Numbered from the whole stretch's first letter, positions 1 through 14,500 are shown. The stretch is DNA of 57,889 bases, filler included, from Sphacelaria rigidula (GCA_964200075.2; 5 parts of 5 records of this genome joined end to end with filler, not necessarily neighbours in it), one strand, 5' to 3'. The notes: a model not told the origin generated them from the sequence alone. Made by a program: numbers and translations.

Positions 1-2168
1 GCTGAAATAAAGCCTAGGGATTGATTTCTCACGAGTCGACTCATCATACTAAAACTAAGTAATTTCCTGACAAGTCATTATTTGTCCGATCCTTGGATTA
101 TTCGACCAAAATGGGAATTCTCAGAGCTGCACGCCCGTAGGAGGTTCGGAACGGACGCTGGTTGAGAACTTCGCTGCCTCATGTATTTTCACACAGATGT
201 AACGAACGTCGGTATAGGCGGTTACAAACACAAAACATTCCGTAGTATACCCTGACTCAGGAGTCTCCTACAAGCGTACACCCATCATCAGCGCCCACCA
301 ATACCGCGTTGCACAAACTGTACAGTGGCAATCGACGCAACGTGAACGTGGCGCTGCCCTCTACTTCTGGTGGTCCTTCGCTTCCTTGTGGTACCCTCTT
401 GCCTTCACCTCTTCCACATTCATGAGCTGTGTCATATACCGTTTTATTTTTATACGCGCATCCCTCTTTCTCACATGTACTCTCTTGTTCGTTGGCATGC
501 CGTCGACAGCTCCTCCATCTTGGCACAGACAATGCAATGGACGACAGAACTAACAGCACATGCGTGCCCATGACAAACGCCTGACCTACTATAGCACTAC
601 TCTAACCGCGGTCAGAATCTGGCATCACTTCCAGTAAGCGTGGAGTGATGTGCGAACACCAATTTGACTCCCAGCAAGAGCAGCATTCAAACAATAACCG
701 AAATATTCCCGCCCGATCTAAACCAGAGATTGGCTGTTGATATATCTGACGTTGTGGGAGGTGCTACGAGTGGAGAGCACACTACAGGCCTTTGCGAGCC
801 ATTCACATGCGACAAAAGGTCGCACCGGGTACAACCAAGCGTACTTACGGCGCTTTACAAGCCCGGGGAACTGGGTGTTCGCCTGCCAGGTTTTTGTTGC
901 CATACACCCACCGTGCATAATAGTACAGTACTCTGAGGCAGGGCGCTTTGCAATTTGCATGTCACCTTATACATACGACGTGACTATGTAAAGGGTCATG
1001 CCACAGACGCGACGTGCTGTACTAGGGGACTCGCGGCATAGGACCTGATGGCTCGAATAGAATTTTAGAATGGGACGTACAATATTCCTACTCGTACACA
1101 GATACAATTGGGATGCACTTGACCCACCTACTTTTGGACGAACATGGACCGACAAAAGCAGGGTGCCTGTGTTGTATGCGTCCCATATGGTTGTTGATAT
1201 GTTCTTTGTCCTTCTGTCACTACGGTCATCTGAATACTGCGGCGTGTCACCCGGGAATGAGAATGGAGGGTTCCGGAAAGGTTTCGACTATTTGACAGTC
1301 AAGGTGGGTCATCTGCTGAATCGGCATCATTTTCAGTCGAAAAATAAGTAGCAGAAGACACGTGTGACCCACCCTGGCGGTAGAAACGTCAACAGTGCAG
1401 GCCACAAACGCGGAGAGCGACCTCATGGGAACGATATGCTTTGCCCACACGCAACAACAACTAGCAGAACGAGGACACTAACATACTATTGCGATACCTT
1501 CTTACATTACAGAGCGATTTCATGGGTATGATTTCCTTCCGCGACGCTCAACAACTACGAGGAGGCGTTACTGTTCCAGCTCTTTCAACACAACAACGAC
1601 TTTCACCAGCCAGTAAGGCGCGCACCAGAGTCGTTCAGCAGCACCTTTGCCCTCAAGCTTGGAAGGCTGCCTGAGGTCACCACAGCTAGATCTCGCTCGC
1701 CATTAGCACTCAGTTTGCCCACCACGCCAGTGTTGCCGGCGACAGCAGGAGGGGCTCTGGATCGTCAACGCGACAAAGGGTTCGCGTGTGGTGGTGCTCG
1801 GCAAATGCGTATCTCAACTCATACGAAGATCAAATCATTTGTCGCGATAACGCGACAAAATCAATGCTGTCGGGGCTTATGGTCATTCCAAGGAAGGGTG
1901 GAATCCTGTCCTGGGTTTGGCGAGAACGGAAACGGCACAACCATTTGTGGGCAAAAAAGAGCCAGCGCGGCGAAGCTGCGGCAGCAAAACTGCACAGTCA
2001 GTACAGAACAGTGCAGCACAAATTTAGTGCTCTGGGTGTAATTCCAAAAATAAAATGGCAAGCAGACATGATTTCTCTGAAGGATGTATCGCATGCTTCG
2101 TTATCGGGCAGGCGCACGAGCTTCAAGTATCACGCGATAGCAGTGCCGAGTGGAAGGGAGCTACATAC

Positions 2169-2616
2169 CTCACGCGGGGTAGCAGAGGTGACCTATTCTT
2201 CACCTGCTTCCCCCGAAAAGTACGGCAGCTACTGCCGGACTTTGCATCATTGAAATTGTAGTTACCGAGATATCTTAATGCGCGGAATGTCTCGGGAACG
2301 AAGGCATGCGGCTTTCCGGAGTGAACGTTGAGGGGTGAAAAATCATCACAGGGGGTGTTATACTGCGTCAACTAATACTACACTACACGAGGGCTGCACG
2401 TCGTGACCGGACATGATGACGAGATAATACCTTATGGTCAAATTCCTGAGCGAGATGGACCTGAGTCCTTTTAAGAACTCCTTGGCATCTTGTATTTCTC
2501 CCACATTCCTTGCGGGGGACAAGCACTCCGACATCCCTCACTCTGCAGTCCACGTCGTTCTTGAGTGTTTTGGAACAGGTATAAAACTCTAACAACTGTT
2601 CCGAAACGACTTGTTC
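2169..2616 (-). CDS. Possible exons of an unknown minus-strand gene divergent from the lumen-protein gene
   Basis: Acceptor ttttccag near 2617 opens the frame EQVVSEQLLEFY...QEFDHK|gtatta. It joins in phase 0 to gacgcag|YNTPCDD...LPRVR|gtatgt. No start codon or downstream in-phase exon was confirmed. Confidence 0.25.
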
Positions 2617-2949
2617 TGGAAAATGACGGCATGATTATTTATCCGCACAAGCGCGTTTTTGATTGTGTGTGGTGTTATTTAGGTCGGGAGATGGGGGGGA
2701 AAGATCGCTATTGACAGCTGATGACCGATTTATCTGGAGGGTGGGGGGGGGGGGGTTATTTCAATCAGTGCAAAGGAACGCGGGTATTAGTACGTTAAGT
2801 CGATTTCGACGTTACGACAAACGGGAACGCGTTACAATCATATCCACATGTGGGATCTAAACATGACACCATCCTCTCCGTGTTGCAGATTGATCCCACC
2901 TACTCGTTCGCCGACGAGCTCTATCAAACGCTAACAGCTTAGGTAGGGT

Positions 2950-5900
2950 ATGATGTGGAGATCTTGCGCGGTAGTTGCGTGTCTTGCGCTTACAATTACC
3001 GGGGCGGGAGGGTTTGGAGTAAACCTCGCGCCGGTGAAGACTTTGCGTTTACATGCCAACAGCAACAACTTTCGCCAAGGATATAGCACCATGTCGGCTA
3101 CAGCAGACAGCAGTGCCGCTGAAAGACGTCGCTGCAACAGCGCTGCTAAGGGAAGCTTGAGCATGTCAAACGGTGAGTTTTCGGGATAGATTGGTGTGCA
3201 GCTTAGTATTTTGTTTGCGGCGTTATAGTTCAAAGCCGCGTTTCACTACGTCTTGTGTTCATGTTATTGCGAAGGAGTCCAGGTTGAGCCAGTTGGAGAA
3301 AAATTCTGACTACGCTCTCTCCCTGACCAGTATGAGTAACGAACACACAAAGTACAGTATTAATAGTAGTAACGTCTGTACAGACCCGACCCGCTCTGAA
3401 GAAACACGGTATTTGGCCAAGCCTTAGCGGGCCGGATCTGTTCTGTGGCTGCTGCCGTATACAGTACTGATTTTGTATCCTAGGCTGAGCGGTCAGTTTG
3501 CCGATTAGTTGTTGATGTTTAGTGGTTGCTTACAAACCCTGAGTGACAAGTCCCCCGAACTTGACGCTTTGTCGCTGAGAAACACCGACTGCAAACTCTG
3601 TACGACTCGTAGAAGACTCACGAGAAATCGCGTTATCAGTCGCGCCATTATTTTTCACCAAGTCTTATGTCGACGCAGCTTTCACCGGCGCGGCCACCAT
3701 TTTTCATGATAGATTCAAGATTGAAGCCTCATCGCCCGATTTTCAACCCGTACGGGCACCCACGCCACTTATACCGTGGGTGCATGCTGACAGTCCGGTG
3801 AGGGTGGTGTCCTTCAATTCGTCGGATACTGGGAAACGGCCTGGAGCGTAGATGTACTGTGGATGGACGCCAGTTAACACAAGGCCAGTCAACACGAGGA
3901 GTGGAAATAATTGCGTAGAGCCTATTTCAGTCAAGAGTCTTTCAGCAGCCTGCGGCCATGGTTGGGGTCGCATGTGTCACGGCGCGTCCTACATGTACTG
4001 TATTTACTCTGTCGCGTGTGCTACTGGCTTCAGTCCCTGCAAAACAGATGAACCCGCCACATTTTCGTTCATCACTGCGGTTGCTGTTGCTACGTCATAG
4101 TAGCGGAGACCCACACCCTACTTTCATGTAGGTTTCTCTCCACCAAGAACAAAGGTTTCTGACCCAAAAAACGTCCACATCCAGCTGATGTCCAACTGCA
4201 GCCTAGGCGCTCAAGGGTCGAGACCACCGTACTTCTGTGAGTGGTAATTGTAGAATTAGTGTGATCGGGTAAGCCACGAATCAGTTCTGCGACCAACTCC
4301 GCTGTAAGGTTACAGCGATGTGTATGGCTAGCAGGAGAGAGTACGTGCGCTGAATGTTGGGGGTTCACCTGCTTAGATGCCAGATTTTTCACTGTGATCG
4401 TTCGGTGCGATACCACTCCCCAAAGGACCGAAAAATGATATGTTCGCGCGAAGCGATTTTGAAAATCGTTTGGGGGGTTTAGATATGTGTTTGCGTAAAC
4501 AGATGGTCTGTTTGCTCGAAGGGGAACATAAGCGTAGCATCTGGTAGGGGTACAGGCGAAGTTGTGACATATGACCTAAGACGAAACACGAAACTGAGAG
4601 CCCTGATATCCCGGCGAGCAAAACTCATACAGCTCAAGCCGTTGCTGCTGATCAGCTGAGCCATTGTGCTTTTATTTGGAAAAATCGGTTCAGAGTTCAA
4701 CAAGAAACAGCTGTTTATGACAGCCGCGTACCGGAAAGATTCACACGTAAAGGTCAGAAACCGCACGTTTTAGGTTGAAGCTGACACGCACGCGGCTACC
4801 CTTCCTCCAGCACTGAACGGATTCCCGTCAAAGACTGCTGTGTATAGATGACCAAGGGCTAGCGGTGGAGCTATTGTGCGTGAGTAGTGAGTGTCTGTGC
4901 GTGTCTTTTTTGAGGCTCTGTGTATGGGTACTCTGCTTCCCTGCTCTATCTCTACCATACCAGGACAGATATGTTGGACCAACGAGCACTGCTAGAACTA
5001 CCCCGTGTTTAAATCTGTGTGCAGTTCTGGCTTGCACCTGGACAGAAAATCGTGTCCTTGATTGGACTGAAAGCGTTCGTTGTGCGCACATTTTTTTTTC
5101 AAACCGATATTGCAAACAGATTTTACCTCTCTCGATAGGAAGTACACAGCCTGAGGTCACGACAAAACAAGAAAAATGAATATATATACATATATATATA
5201 TCCAAAATATGTACGGCTGATATGCCGTCCATGGATGGCGGTCACAGTTTTTTCGGTTTCAATACCCTCTGCTGCACAGGACCGAGCTCGCGGGGTGAGT
5301 TCGCGAAGAACGTGGTTGGAGGTGCGGCATTGGGACTCGCGACTCTCTTCACGCCTACGCTGACACGACCGGCGGCTGCTGTTACGGCAAGCCTAGATGA
5401 GCTCACTGCAAATATCATTCTTGCTAAGGTGCGCCAGGGTCGTGACATCATTTCTTACGAGCTAAGGATTTCCACGTTCAGGCCTTCTACACGTGTCTTA
5501 ACGTACACATGGCCAAATACTGGGCTAGTGCGCGGCAGGGCACTGTACAGTCATTTTCGTTCTTGCACACGTGTGCTGGTTCGTCTGCAGCCACGTATGA
5601 TCTTCAATCGGTAAGCCGTGTCATCGTGATTGTCGTGTTTTTCGAGCGCCCCTGCTTGCCGCCTGCACTGAACTTTGGCGCCGCGATCCCGATGTGAACC
5701 ACGCAACCCGACTCAACCCAACGAGCCCCCCCCCCCCCCTACTAGCGCTTTCTTGTTCTGACCTTCCTCTGCTTGAGTTTCCTTCAGCAACAAATGCTTC
5801 CGTTTATTAAACTTCGGTGAGAGTTGGGGTTAGGGTTTGATAAAAAGCAGGGGTGTATCAACCACGGAAATTTCACGACCAACTCGCGCAAACATCTATC

Positions 5901-8900
5901 CGTTTACGAGTACCGTTATACTCCACGCAAAGCCAGATCCTTCACGACTGTCTTGCGACCGCGGGCTGGATTCGTGTAAGATCAGTCGAGTGTGAGACGA
6001 GCGATCATTCAGTCTATTGCCCGATCAATCAAACGCCAAGCATTGCCTTGTAGCATCCGCGACATGAAAGTGAGGTTTACTCCAATCAACGAGTTCGATC
6101 TCTTACGAGATTCGCATGCATTTCTTGTCTGTTCTTGTCTTCGTTTTCCCCCCCTCTTGCTTACTGTCCGCTAACCCCATCATCGTTACCGATGAGATGT
6201 ATAAGAGGGACGTGTGGAGTTGTACCCCTGTAAATCGAACATTCGTTCTACTGCCGTATTTCACCGTCGCTGCACCATCCCTGTGCGAGAGCAGGAGGTG
6301 TTCAAGCCAACGCTGCAGTACTTGAAGGCGGAGCAGTTCGACGCGGCGCGGACGAACACGAACTACATCACAAACTTTCTCAACATCAAGAAGAACATCG
6401 ACGCACTGATCGTTTCGGCAAGCGAGTTCGTCGACGATGTGGACCTGGTGCGCAAATTGAAGCAAGGAATATTTCAAGTCAACGCTTTGTTTCGTCCGTG
6501 TCTCGTGGTGCAAGTAGAGGACGCAAAGGAATAAACGAGTATTAGTAGATGGCCCTACTCATCATGCATCTATGGAAATCATCAGCTGCCGTCTGCCCTC
6601 TCCTTGGCTTGTGATGCTCCTTGCAGTCGTTGTCGGCTGTGCGTCTTCAGGGTCGAAATGTGCTTGTGCACGAATCGCAGTGACCAACTGTTGTGGTACA
6701 AGAAGCGCCGCCAGTGGTACCCAATCCCATGCGGCTGGATGGTGTGACATGCATTGAATGCTTGAACACTTTTGCGCGTATTTGTCGAACGATCACCAGT
6801 TGAAGAGTCAGCAATGATCGCCTCGAAAAGACAGACCATCCGGAACACTTCACTGGACATATGATAACAATAACAGTCGCCAAAAACAGGGTTTCTCTGC
6901 CCGTGTTTCACGATGCCTTGGATTTTGCACGGCCTTCTACCAAAAGCCCTGGCAATGGCCTTTCCGGGCGCACATCATGCATATCGGCAATAGCCTCGAG
7001 TCTGGCGCCCATCATGCCAGTTTCCTTCGTTGTATTTTTTATTGCCTATTATTTATTTTAGCTGTTCCTCGAGTTTATGCTATCGAGGATCTCTTGGTAA
7101 TTCACGAAGAGTACAACTAATTTGTGACCACGGCTACATTCGTCGCGGATCAGTTGGAGTTTTAATAACTAGCCATATCTTCCTTATTTATAGCTTTTCC
7201 CAAAAACATGGACTTTCCCCTCGACCTCTCTAAAAAGAAAACCGCTGAAAAAGAAATCCGGCTCGATGATTCTCGGGAAATCTGCTCTAATCTTTTTCGG
7301 AGATTCGTTGCTTCCCCGAAATAGGTTGGAGATTTCGGGGGGGGGGGAGGGGGGGATATACTCGTAAATGATATGGCTTATTATACGATAGGCAACCGTT
7401 GTACCACCCGAATGGATTATTTTGTGTGTGTCAACCAACTGTCGCCACTACGCATCCTCCTACATGCTGGTCGATGATGATTCTTGTAGTGCTTGCATTA
7501 CGCTTGTGGTTAAAGGTAACGGTGCGTGTGCTGTAGTGTGTGGAGAGATGGGGGAAAAGCCCGGCTGGGCGTTCCAAAAAATGGGACCAACACATTGAGC
7601 ATCTCTTCTTGCTCGGACCATGCCGGTTGAACGATCACGGTACCTCCCTCCCATGCCCGAAATTTTGGACGACATGCTGCAGCTGGAACAAGCGGTTGAT
7701 CGCGCGCAGGAGGCACAAGCCCTCTTCACCAACTTCGACGCGTCCGTGTACACCATTATTTTCATCCCGGCAGACGCGTCTGGCGTGCTGCCACCAGGAG
7801 CGGAGAAGTACCTCAAGCAGGTGACTACAGCTCGATATTAGTAGTACATGAAAACACGTTTGACTTCGTTGCATACCGTCCGATTTTTTTCCCCCACTCC
7901 CTCTCCGAACCCCTCCCCTTCCTCGGGATGAGTCCGTGATCTCAAGGGATCAACTCATCTCTTCCCCGGTACGTGCCCTTCATTTTGGTCTCGCGGATTG
8001 GGGCAGCACTTCCGCATCGCGTCAACTCAGGTCATACAAACCCAGTCGACTACTTTGTTTACTCACGTCCTCACGCTTTCCACGGTGTAAATCATACATC
8101 ACGAAGAAAAAACCCAACGCACCGGGAATCTAACCCCCCTTCTCTCCACCCTAATGGCGAAAGTCGGACCATTACACCACCGGGGCGCGGCGACAATACC
8201 TGAACATGAACAGTTGCCGGGTAATATGTACACACCTGCAAGATTCATGGTTATCTATCTATCTTACCTGTGTGGTGGGCGATGACGAACTCGATGGATG
8301 ATGCGACTTGTTTTGCTGAAGATTGTCGTACACCCGTGGTACGTCGAGGTAGCATGCCATGACCGCCGCTGCACCCTGCGGTTGCTTCGGGAGGCGGGGA
8401 AGAGGAAATTGAAGGGAAATATCATGATGGCATTTTGGGTTCAGGGGTTCCAGTTCTGAATGATCAGATATTAGATATGTCTTGCTGCACTGTACTCACT
8501 TTCAGTGATTTCCCGTTCGACCGCGCACATTTGAACCGTTATGGCTCGGTGTCAACAATCTATGTTCATATTTATCGTGCTCGCAACCCGCCCTCCCTTC
8601 CTCAAGACGAGTGCTTGCTCTCATGGGGTCAGCCCCCCCCCGCCCCCTTCCCCCACACCACCACGGCGCTTCGCGCTTGGTGATTGAGTGCGAGCCTGGT
8701 CCGGCGAAAACCCGGTGTGCTCAGTCTTGCCTTTATAGGGATTGGAGGTCAATAGTCAGATGACGATGGCATGCATGATCATGAGTACACCTCCCCGCCT
8801 CGCCCAGTAGTTGACTTGCAGATAAATGTCATGCGTTGGACCAGCACTTCTGCATCCAGTGTTTCTTCATCGAATCGCAGTATGTCTACAAATTTTGATC

Positions 8901-9375
8901 AGAGACGTACAACAATTCGATTAACTTTTCAGACGACGAAGCGGCTACTCCTCTAGAGCAACGCGTGCGGCTACGGTTACTTGCGGCGCCTGTGTACCTC
9001 TCATAGCGTGTTGCACTCAACAGCCACCAAACGTATCTGAGATATTCGCTCTCGGCCGTGCACCAGTCACGGAAATGACATGCCTTGCTATATTGGGAAT
9101 GGAATGCGCTTTTACATCGTTCCTTTGCGCAAGAACTTATCTCAAGTAACCCTGCCCACTAAGAGTCTCGCCGTAACTCATCCTTGCCCTGCTCTTACAA
9201 GGCATACGGATTTTACGACGACATCAACAAGCTGCTCGACTTCTACATCAACCTCGTACCACCGGAAGCAAGGGAAGGCGCGAATAAGTTTTTGCCGGCG
9301 AAGCGAGCCGCATTGCCCAAGTTCCTCTTCAAGGAAAAATCTCTCATTATGCAGGAGAAGGTCTCCATTAGCTAA
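2950..9375 (+). CDS. 5-exon nuclear gene for a plastid thylakoid-lumen protein, probably PsbQ-like helical-bundle family (278 aa)
   Basis: Exons 2950-3172, 5280-5428, 6295-6447, 7683-7820 and 9202-9375 all have GT..AG boundaries with consistent phases (1,0,0,0) and give an open frame from ATG to TAA. The N-terminus has a signal peptide ending AGG^F (ASAFAP-type), a Ser/Arg-rich transit peptide, then a lumen signal SRGEFAK-hydrophobic stretch-PAAA^V. The mature region is predicted helical (EQFDAARTNTNYI...AYGFYDDINKLLDFYINLVP). The PsbQ-like family call is inference. Confidence 0.85.
7915..8190 (-). mobile_element. tRNA-derived SINE in intron 4
   Basis: The minus-strand head carries A-box TGGTGTAATGG and a B-box-like GGTTAGATTCC. 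The 3' end (gatcccttgagatcacggactcatcccgaggaaggg) resembles that of the element at 54590-55070. Confidence 0.6.
8690..8798 (+). repeat. ~105-bp dispersed repeat (CCTGGTCCGGCGAAAACCCGG...ATGAGTACACCCCC)
   Basis: Similar copies at 44870-44968, 45388-45493, 46393-46443 (partial) and 47150-47245 (minus strand). Confidence 0.8.
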
Positions 9376-10339
9376 TAGCAGGAAGACGTGGTTGTGTCGT
9401 CGTAGTAAATCGCCGTCCACTCTGAGACGCCAGTAGACACTCGTTTATCTACAGTTACGTACGTACAGTAGTTCGGTATCTTACAGTCTACCGCTTGTTT
9501 TGTGCCATGCGAACCGTGACCTTCGAGTATTCGCCAAGGATAGGTGTTTTTTTCCTGCGCTTTCAGCACGCCAGCGTCAAGCTGATAGTCAGCAATATCA
9601 ACGACATTGCTGGCAGTTATTTGCGGTTAACTAGGTGGTGCTATCACGATCTCGATGCAGTGGTGTCGACCTATTATCGTAAGTTCATGCTTTTGAGCAG
9701 GCGCGAGAGATCTTCTGTCGTTGGTTATACAATTTATTTTGTTTTTATTTTAGATGTCGGATTCCATTCGATGCAGTGGCCGTCGAGTTACCTATGAAGA
9801 ATGGCAATGTCGAGTAGCTCGCCGCTACGGGCGGTGGTGCTGTGGGGTTCAGATAGCACAAGTATAGAAAGGCGTGTTTTATTCGAAATACGCATCTTTT
9901 TGGTCATAGTGAATTGCTCGAATGTAAAAGCTTGTTTCGGTTCGACGCCGTAGTCGATTTGTTTAGGGTAGAGCGCGTGAAAGAACTGGGCATATGGTAG
10001 CATATGTACATGTTAGAAATACAGTAGTCTGGCGCGGCAGCCAAATGCTTGGCATCAAATATCGGCTTCTTCTAACTTGGCGTTTTGAATGCAAAGGTAT
10101 CTCAACACGCACAGCACCTTTCGGTTGATCAAGATTGGATCGGGTGTTGTTTTCTCAGGTCGGGGATTATCGTGGGGGCTGTTCTGTAGTTTTGCGGCTT
10201 GGGCCTAGAAGACGCAAATGAGTACTCAACGCACCCCGATAGAACGTCACCTCTTCGATCGTAGAGTAATTATTCATTCTCTAGCGAGTTCATGCATGTA
10301 GGCGCGAACAGCTGTGCCTGGATTCAATTATTTGGTGTG

Positions 10340-11499
10340 ATTGGATTGGCCGATTGGTTGTCGCACTTTAGCTGATCCCCCAGGGATCCAGCCATGGTCA
10401 CATGATGGACGTACCCAAGACAAAACGAAACTGAAATACTAGGTGGATAAAGAAAAAAACAGAAAAAAAACGTATAACAGAACAAGATAGTAGACTAAGA
10501 CGTAAAAATATGAGAAAAAAAAGAACTAGAAAGGAAAGAAGAGCGAAGAAATAAATGGTCGGTCTCTGCCACATGGCTTCGTCGCACAACGTCTTCGCAA
10601 AACAACACTCATACCCAGTCGTGGATTACAACGGCCAAAACAGAAGCGAGGTACCACTCTGCTCTGCCATACACCGGCAGGAAGAAGGAACACATACATA
10701 GCGGGAAAGATGGGGGGAAAGGGAATAACAGAGAAAGAGGCTACAGAAGTGAATCCCAGATCATTCGGAGCAGCAGAGTGGATACAGACACACCAGGGGG
10801 CACCGCAGAGCCACCGACTAAGGAGACAATCAACAAGCGATATGAGCAGACAGGATTCTTCGATTTGCGGCCTTAGACGCAGCAGTCTCTCGTTCTTGAC
10901 GGCGACCCGATTCTCAATTTTGTCCGCGCGTCGCTACGTGTCCTCGAACTCTTCCGCTCATTTTTTGACTCCAATATGCCATTCGCCCATGTCCTTCGCT
11001 GTAGTGACCCAATCGTGTGGATCGTTAACCTTTTCCCGTATACGAACCATTTCCATCTTGCTCCTCTGTGCGGAACAGTTCCTAGAGCACGTAGGTTCTC
11101 CTGCCGGTTTTTCTCCCATTGCTTGGGGGGGCGACTGGCCTCCTTGGGCCCTCGCGCGGTTACCCATCCGCTCATGATGCGTTTCGGAAGCGTGTTTCCT
11201 TCTGCTGGACAAGGGCTCCCGCGAACCAGAGTTGACGTTTTCGGGTAGTCGTTTTCATACGTTCGCAATTGGTCATCTCGAGCATCGCTCTGTACGAAAA
11301 AGTCTTGGAACCATTTCGATATTTCCTGCGAAATCCCACCACTCCCAGCAAGAGCTTCCTTTTCCCCTTATTTCGACCATGCCTCTTGCGTTTGCCTTGT
11401 ACCCTGCGTCTTCACCTATAGACAGCATTTCGTCTTGGTTTACTCCTATCTCCTTCCACACGTTCTTGACTTCTTTATCCCACCTTACTCCAGCCTGCC
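10340..11499 (-). mobile_element. Degenerate non-LTR retrotransposon (RTE-like LINE) 3' end
   Basis: Frameshifted peptides TLPKRIMSG...RPPKQWEKNRQENLRALG...DWVTTAKDMGEWHIGV match the C-terminal tail of RTE-clade ORF2. The 3' UTR ends in CAATC-type repeats and has a related short copy at about 50690-50785. Confidence 0.65.
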
Positions 11500-11599
11500 N
11501 NNNNNNNNNNNNNNNNNNNNNNNNNNNNNNNNNNNNNNNNNNNTTAATTAATTAANNNNNNNNNNNNNNNNNNNNNNNNNNNNNNNNNNNNNNNNNNNN
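11500..11599. other. Artificial spacer N44-TTAATTAATTAA-N44
   Basis: The identical 100-nt spacer recurs at 23098-23197, 34696-34795 and 46293-46392. The 12-mer places stop codons in all six frames. Confidence 0.97.
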
Positions 11600-14500
11600 T
11601 ATCTTCCCTGCAATGGAGGGATGGGACTTCAACCTCATATTATGTTTCAACCCCAAAAATTAGAATCGGCTGTTATTTGTAGACGTGAATGACTCAACTC
11701 TAGCAGTACAAGTGTCGTTCGCACTCGCCGGAAATGGTCACGATTGCAGAGCGCGACACATGGTAAGAGACTCTTACTTGCAGCGAGACTTGGCGTCCTA
11801 CTTTCCCTCCGATTTCAGCAGAAAGGCTTTAATCCAAATTCTTATTGTTCGAAGAGGCGCAAAACACCGAAAATGCTTATTTGGGAAATTCTTGTTGTGC
11901 ACAGACATCATGGGACTAGGGAATATCCAAAGTACCCCCTTCTCCTATCCTTCGCCAAGAGGGACAGGTACAGTAATGTTTCGTGCGCCACAGCAAGCAG
12001 CCGTAAACTATAGGGGCTGTGAACAGGTCTGGCCGGTTAAGTTTCAAGTGGCCGAGCCTGAAGCAGACGGGGAGAATAGGGGGGCAGGGAACACCTACAT
12101 ACAGTGGATCCTAGGAAATGAGCTTCATACAAAATATGGGGTTGAAGTGGCATTTCTCTCTTGAAGGGAAGACGCGAAACAGTTGCGACCGAGCGAAGCC
12201 ATCTTCCCTCTTAAATGCCCGCAGTAGTTGAGCAGCTGTGGCTAGGTGCACCTAACGAATGCGGTGTACACACGCGTCGATGACGATATCACCAGAGAGA
12301 GAAAAAACGACTGAGAGGAAGCTCCTCGCCCGTGTCCTTTGTGTGTCCCCGCTCGGCGACTACCAAACTCTCGAGAGACTGGCATCATCGATGTCACCAG
12401 CATGTGCCCAATTTTCCATGTTGTGGCAGAACACCGAGAGCTGCGGAGAGATTCCGTCGTCTATTCTTGCCTGTCGCCAACGCGAAGATCGATTTCTCTC
12501 TGCCTCTCCTTTTGGACAGGACGTGCCTCTGTGCTCTGAAAAACATATCGTTAAAAAAATAGGGCAATCTTCCCGTCACCGCTACTACTGTTCTCTGTCA
12601 CACACATGCCAGCAAGGACGGTGCTGCGGCAATAACATATAGATCCATTTGAACTTAAGGGGTGTTATTCATCGTCGATTTTCCCCCACCTCCTCCCGAC
12701 CGGGCGCTTGACCACACGCCAGTTGAGGGGGGTGTACGAGAGAGCAAACCCTTGTAGAAACCTATTTGACATGCGTTGTGAAAAAAGATACCTATGATGG
12801 TGACCTAACTGCTGCTAGCGTGGCGCACAGGAGTCTTGATATGGATCGCGGCATACATGGAGGAAGGGCAGTACAATGATGGGCCCATCTTATCTTATGG
12901 AAAAGTCCCGGACGGCTGACTGCGGGAACTGGCAATGTGCCGCAGTCAGGGGGGAGGGTGTTTGAGCTCGTACGAAGACGATTACATAAACATGCCTCTT
13001 TACATCCGACTTAAAGTCGGTTCTTCCAGAATAGGTGGAAGCAGGCCCCCTGGTTTTTACTCCTATGGGAGGGAACGAAGTGACCTGAAAAATGAGATTC
13101 AAAACCAACAGTGCAAAAGAGAAATATCATCGCCTGAAGCTATGAACAAGACACCCTAACATTCAAGATGAGCCGTTCTTCGTTAAACTGATCATCTCTT
13201 CTGCTGGAAAACCGTTTTGCCCTGCGATAAATGGTGAGCGAGTACGTACAAATCACTGCATACTGTACAGCACATGTATGAATATGCCGCATGTTTGGTT
13301 GATTAGGATATTTTACTTCATGCCCCCGTCTTGTGATGATCCGTCATCACAGTGCTTGAGCAGCGATCATGGTAATCATAACACTTGAGACAGTAGTAAA
13401 AACGAACTAGTGCACGGACATGCCGGAGAGGCTACTTTACCATCTGTTTGTAACATGGCGCTTTTACAACCGGGACTATTGTGTCGACTGTTGTCATCCG
13501 TGACATATTGATCACTCCTCTTGCGATTTCCAGAATGCGCTCCTTCAACAACGCATCAGCCACCGTGATGTTTCGGTCCCCATATATGAAGATTCGTTGT
13601 TCGCCTCAAACGAAAACCCCGCATGTGACGAGGAACTCTGCTGTCTGCGAATGACAAATGAACGAATTGGTCCTCGATCAATCCCGTGTGCGCTCGAACG
13701 TGCTGTCGGCTGTGTTTATCCTACGTCACCTGAAGACGCGTGCCCACAGCATTAGCGCAGCGGTTATTGCCAAACGACCGTGTTTGATCTTTGCGGTGCG
13801 CCCGTAACAGCGGTTACAGCTGTTCAGATTTGTGTTCATACTGCATACCGTACAGTCAACATGAAATATCCGTTTAGTCTATTCATTTTAAAGTATAACT
13901 GCGGAGGATTTGAAAGTTCAACTGACCGCACTGCGTCCATCACTCGAGTCCATGTGTTTGAAGAATCTGGCGATGTGGTCAGCCAACCTTGTTTTTTGTC
14001 ATGACAAGCTACAACCAAGGGAAGTAAAGATAATGATGACTCGACCTGAAGACATCGTACTACCCGCTTGCATTAATTTCGCGGTTACTGGATACCGTTT
14101 GGATAACGATTGCCTCATGCTGCATCTGGGTAAGAGTCAATGTTGTGATGAATCGTGGGTGCGGTGAAACGAAAACGTTGGACTGTGTCGACAGCGTTGT
14201 TTCAAGCATCATCGATCTGCTGCTATCCAACCTTGCATTTGCCTCGACACATTGTAACCGAGAGGCAAACCGCCAAACAGATAGTGAGTGAAGTGCACGA
14301 AGGCGTACACGGGGAAACATGATGTTACGTGAAGCTAGGGGGGGTATCACCTGCGACCACGTACAAGATCATGCTATGCTTGCTTTACACGCCGTAGCAG
14401 GTCAAATATTTCGCCGTGTGATGAGACAACGCCATGCTTGCTTTATAGCCGTGACAGGTTAAATCTTGTCGTGTAGACCTGAATGAGTAGAGTCACGGTG

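Noticed and set aside
8110..8190. tRNA gene candidate (also at ~54590-54670)
   Set aside because: A/B boxes are present but there is no proper cloverleaf, and each continues into a SINE body.
11544..11555. Palindromic TTAATTAATTAA recurring four times
   Set aside because: A linker inside N runs, not biological sequence.
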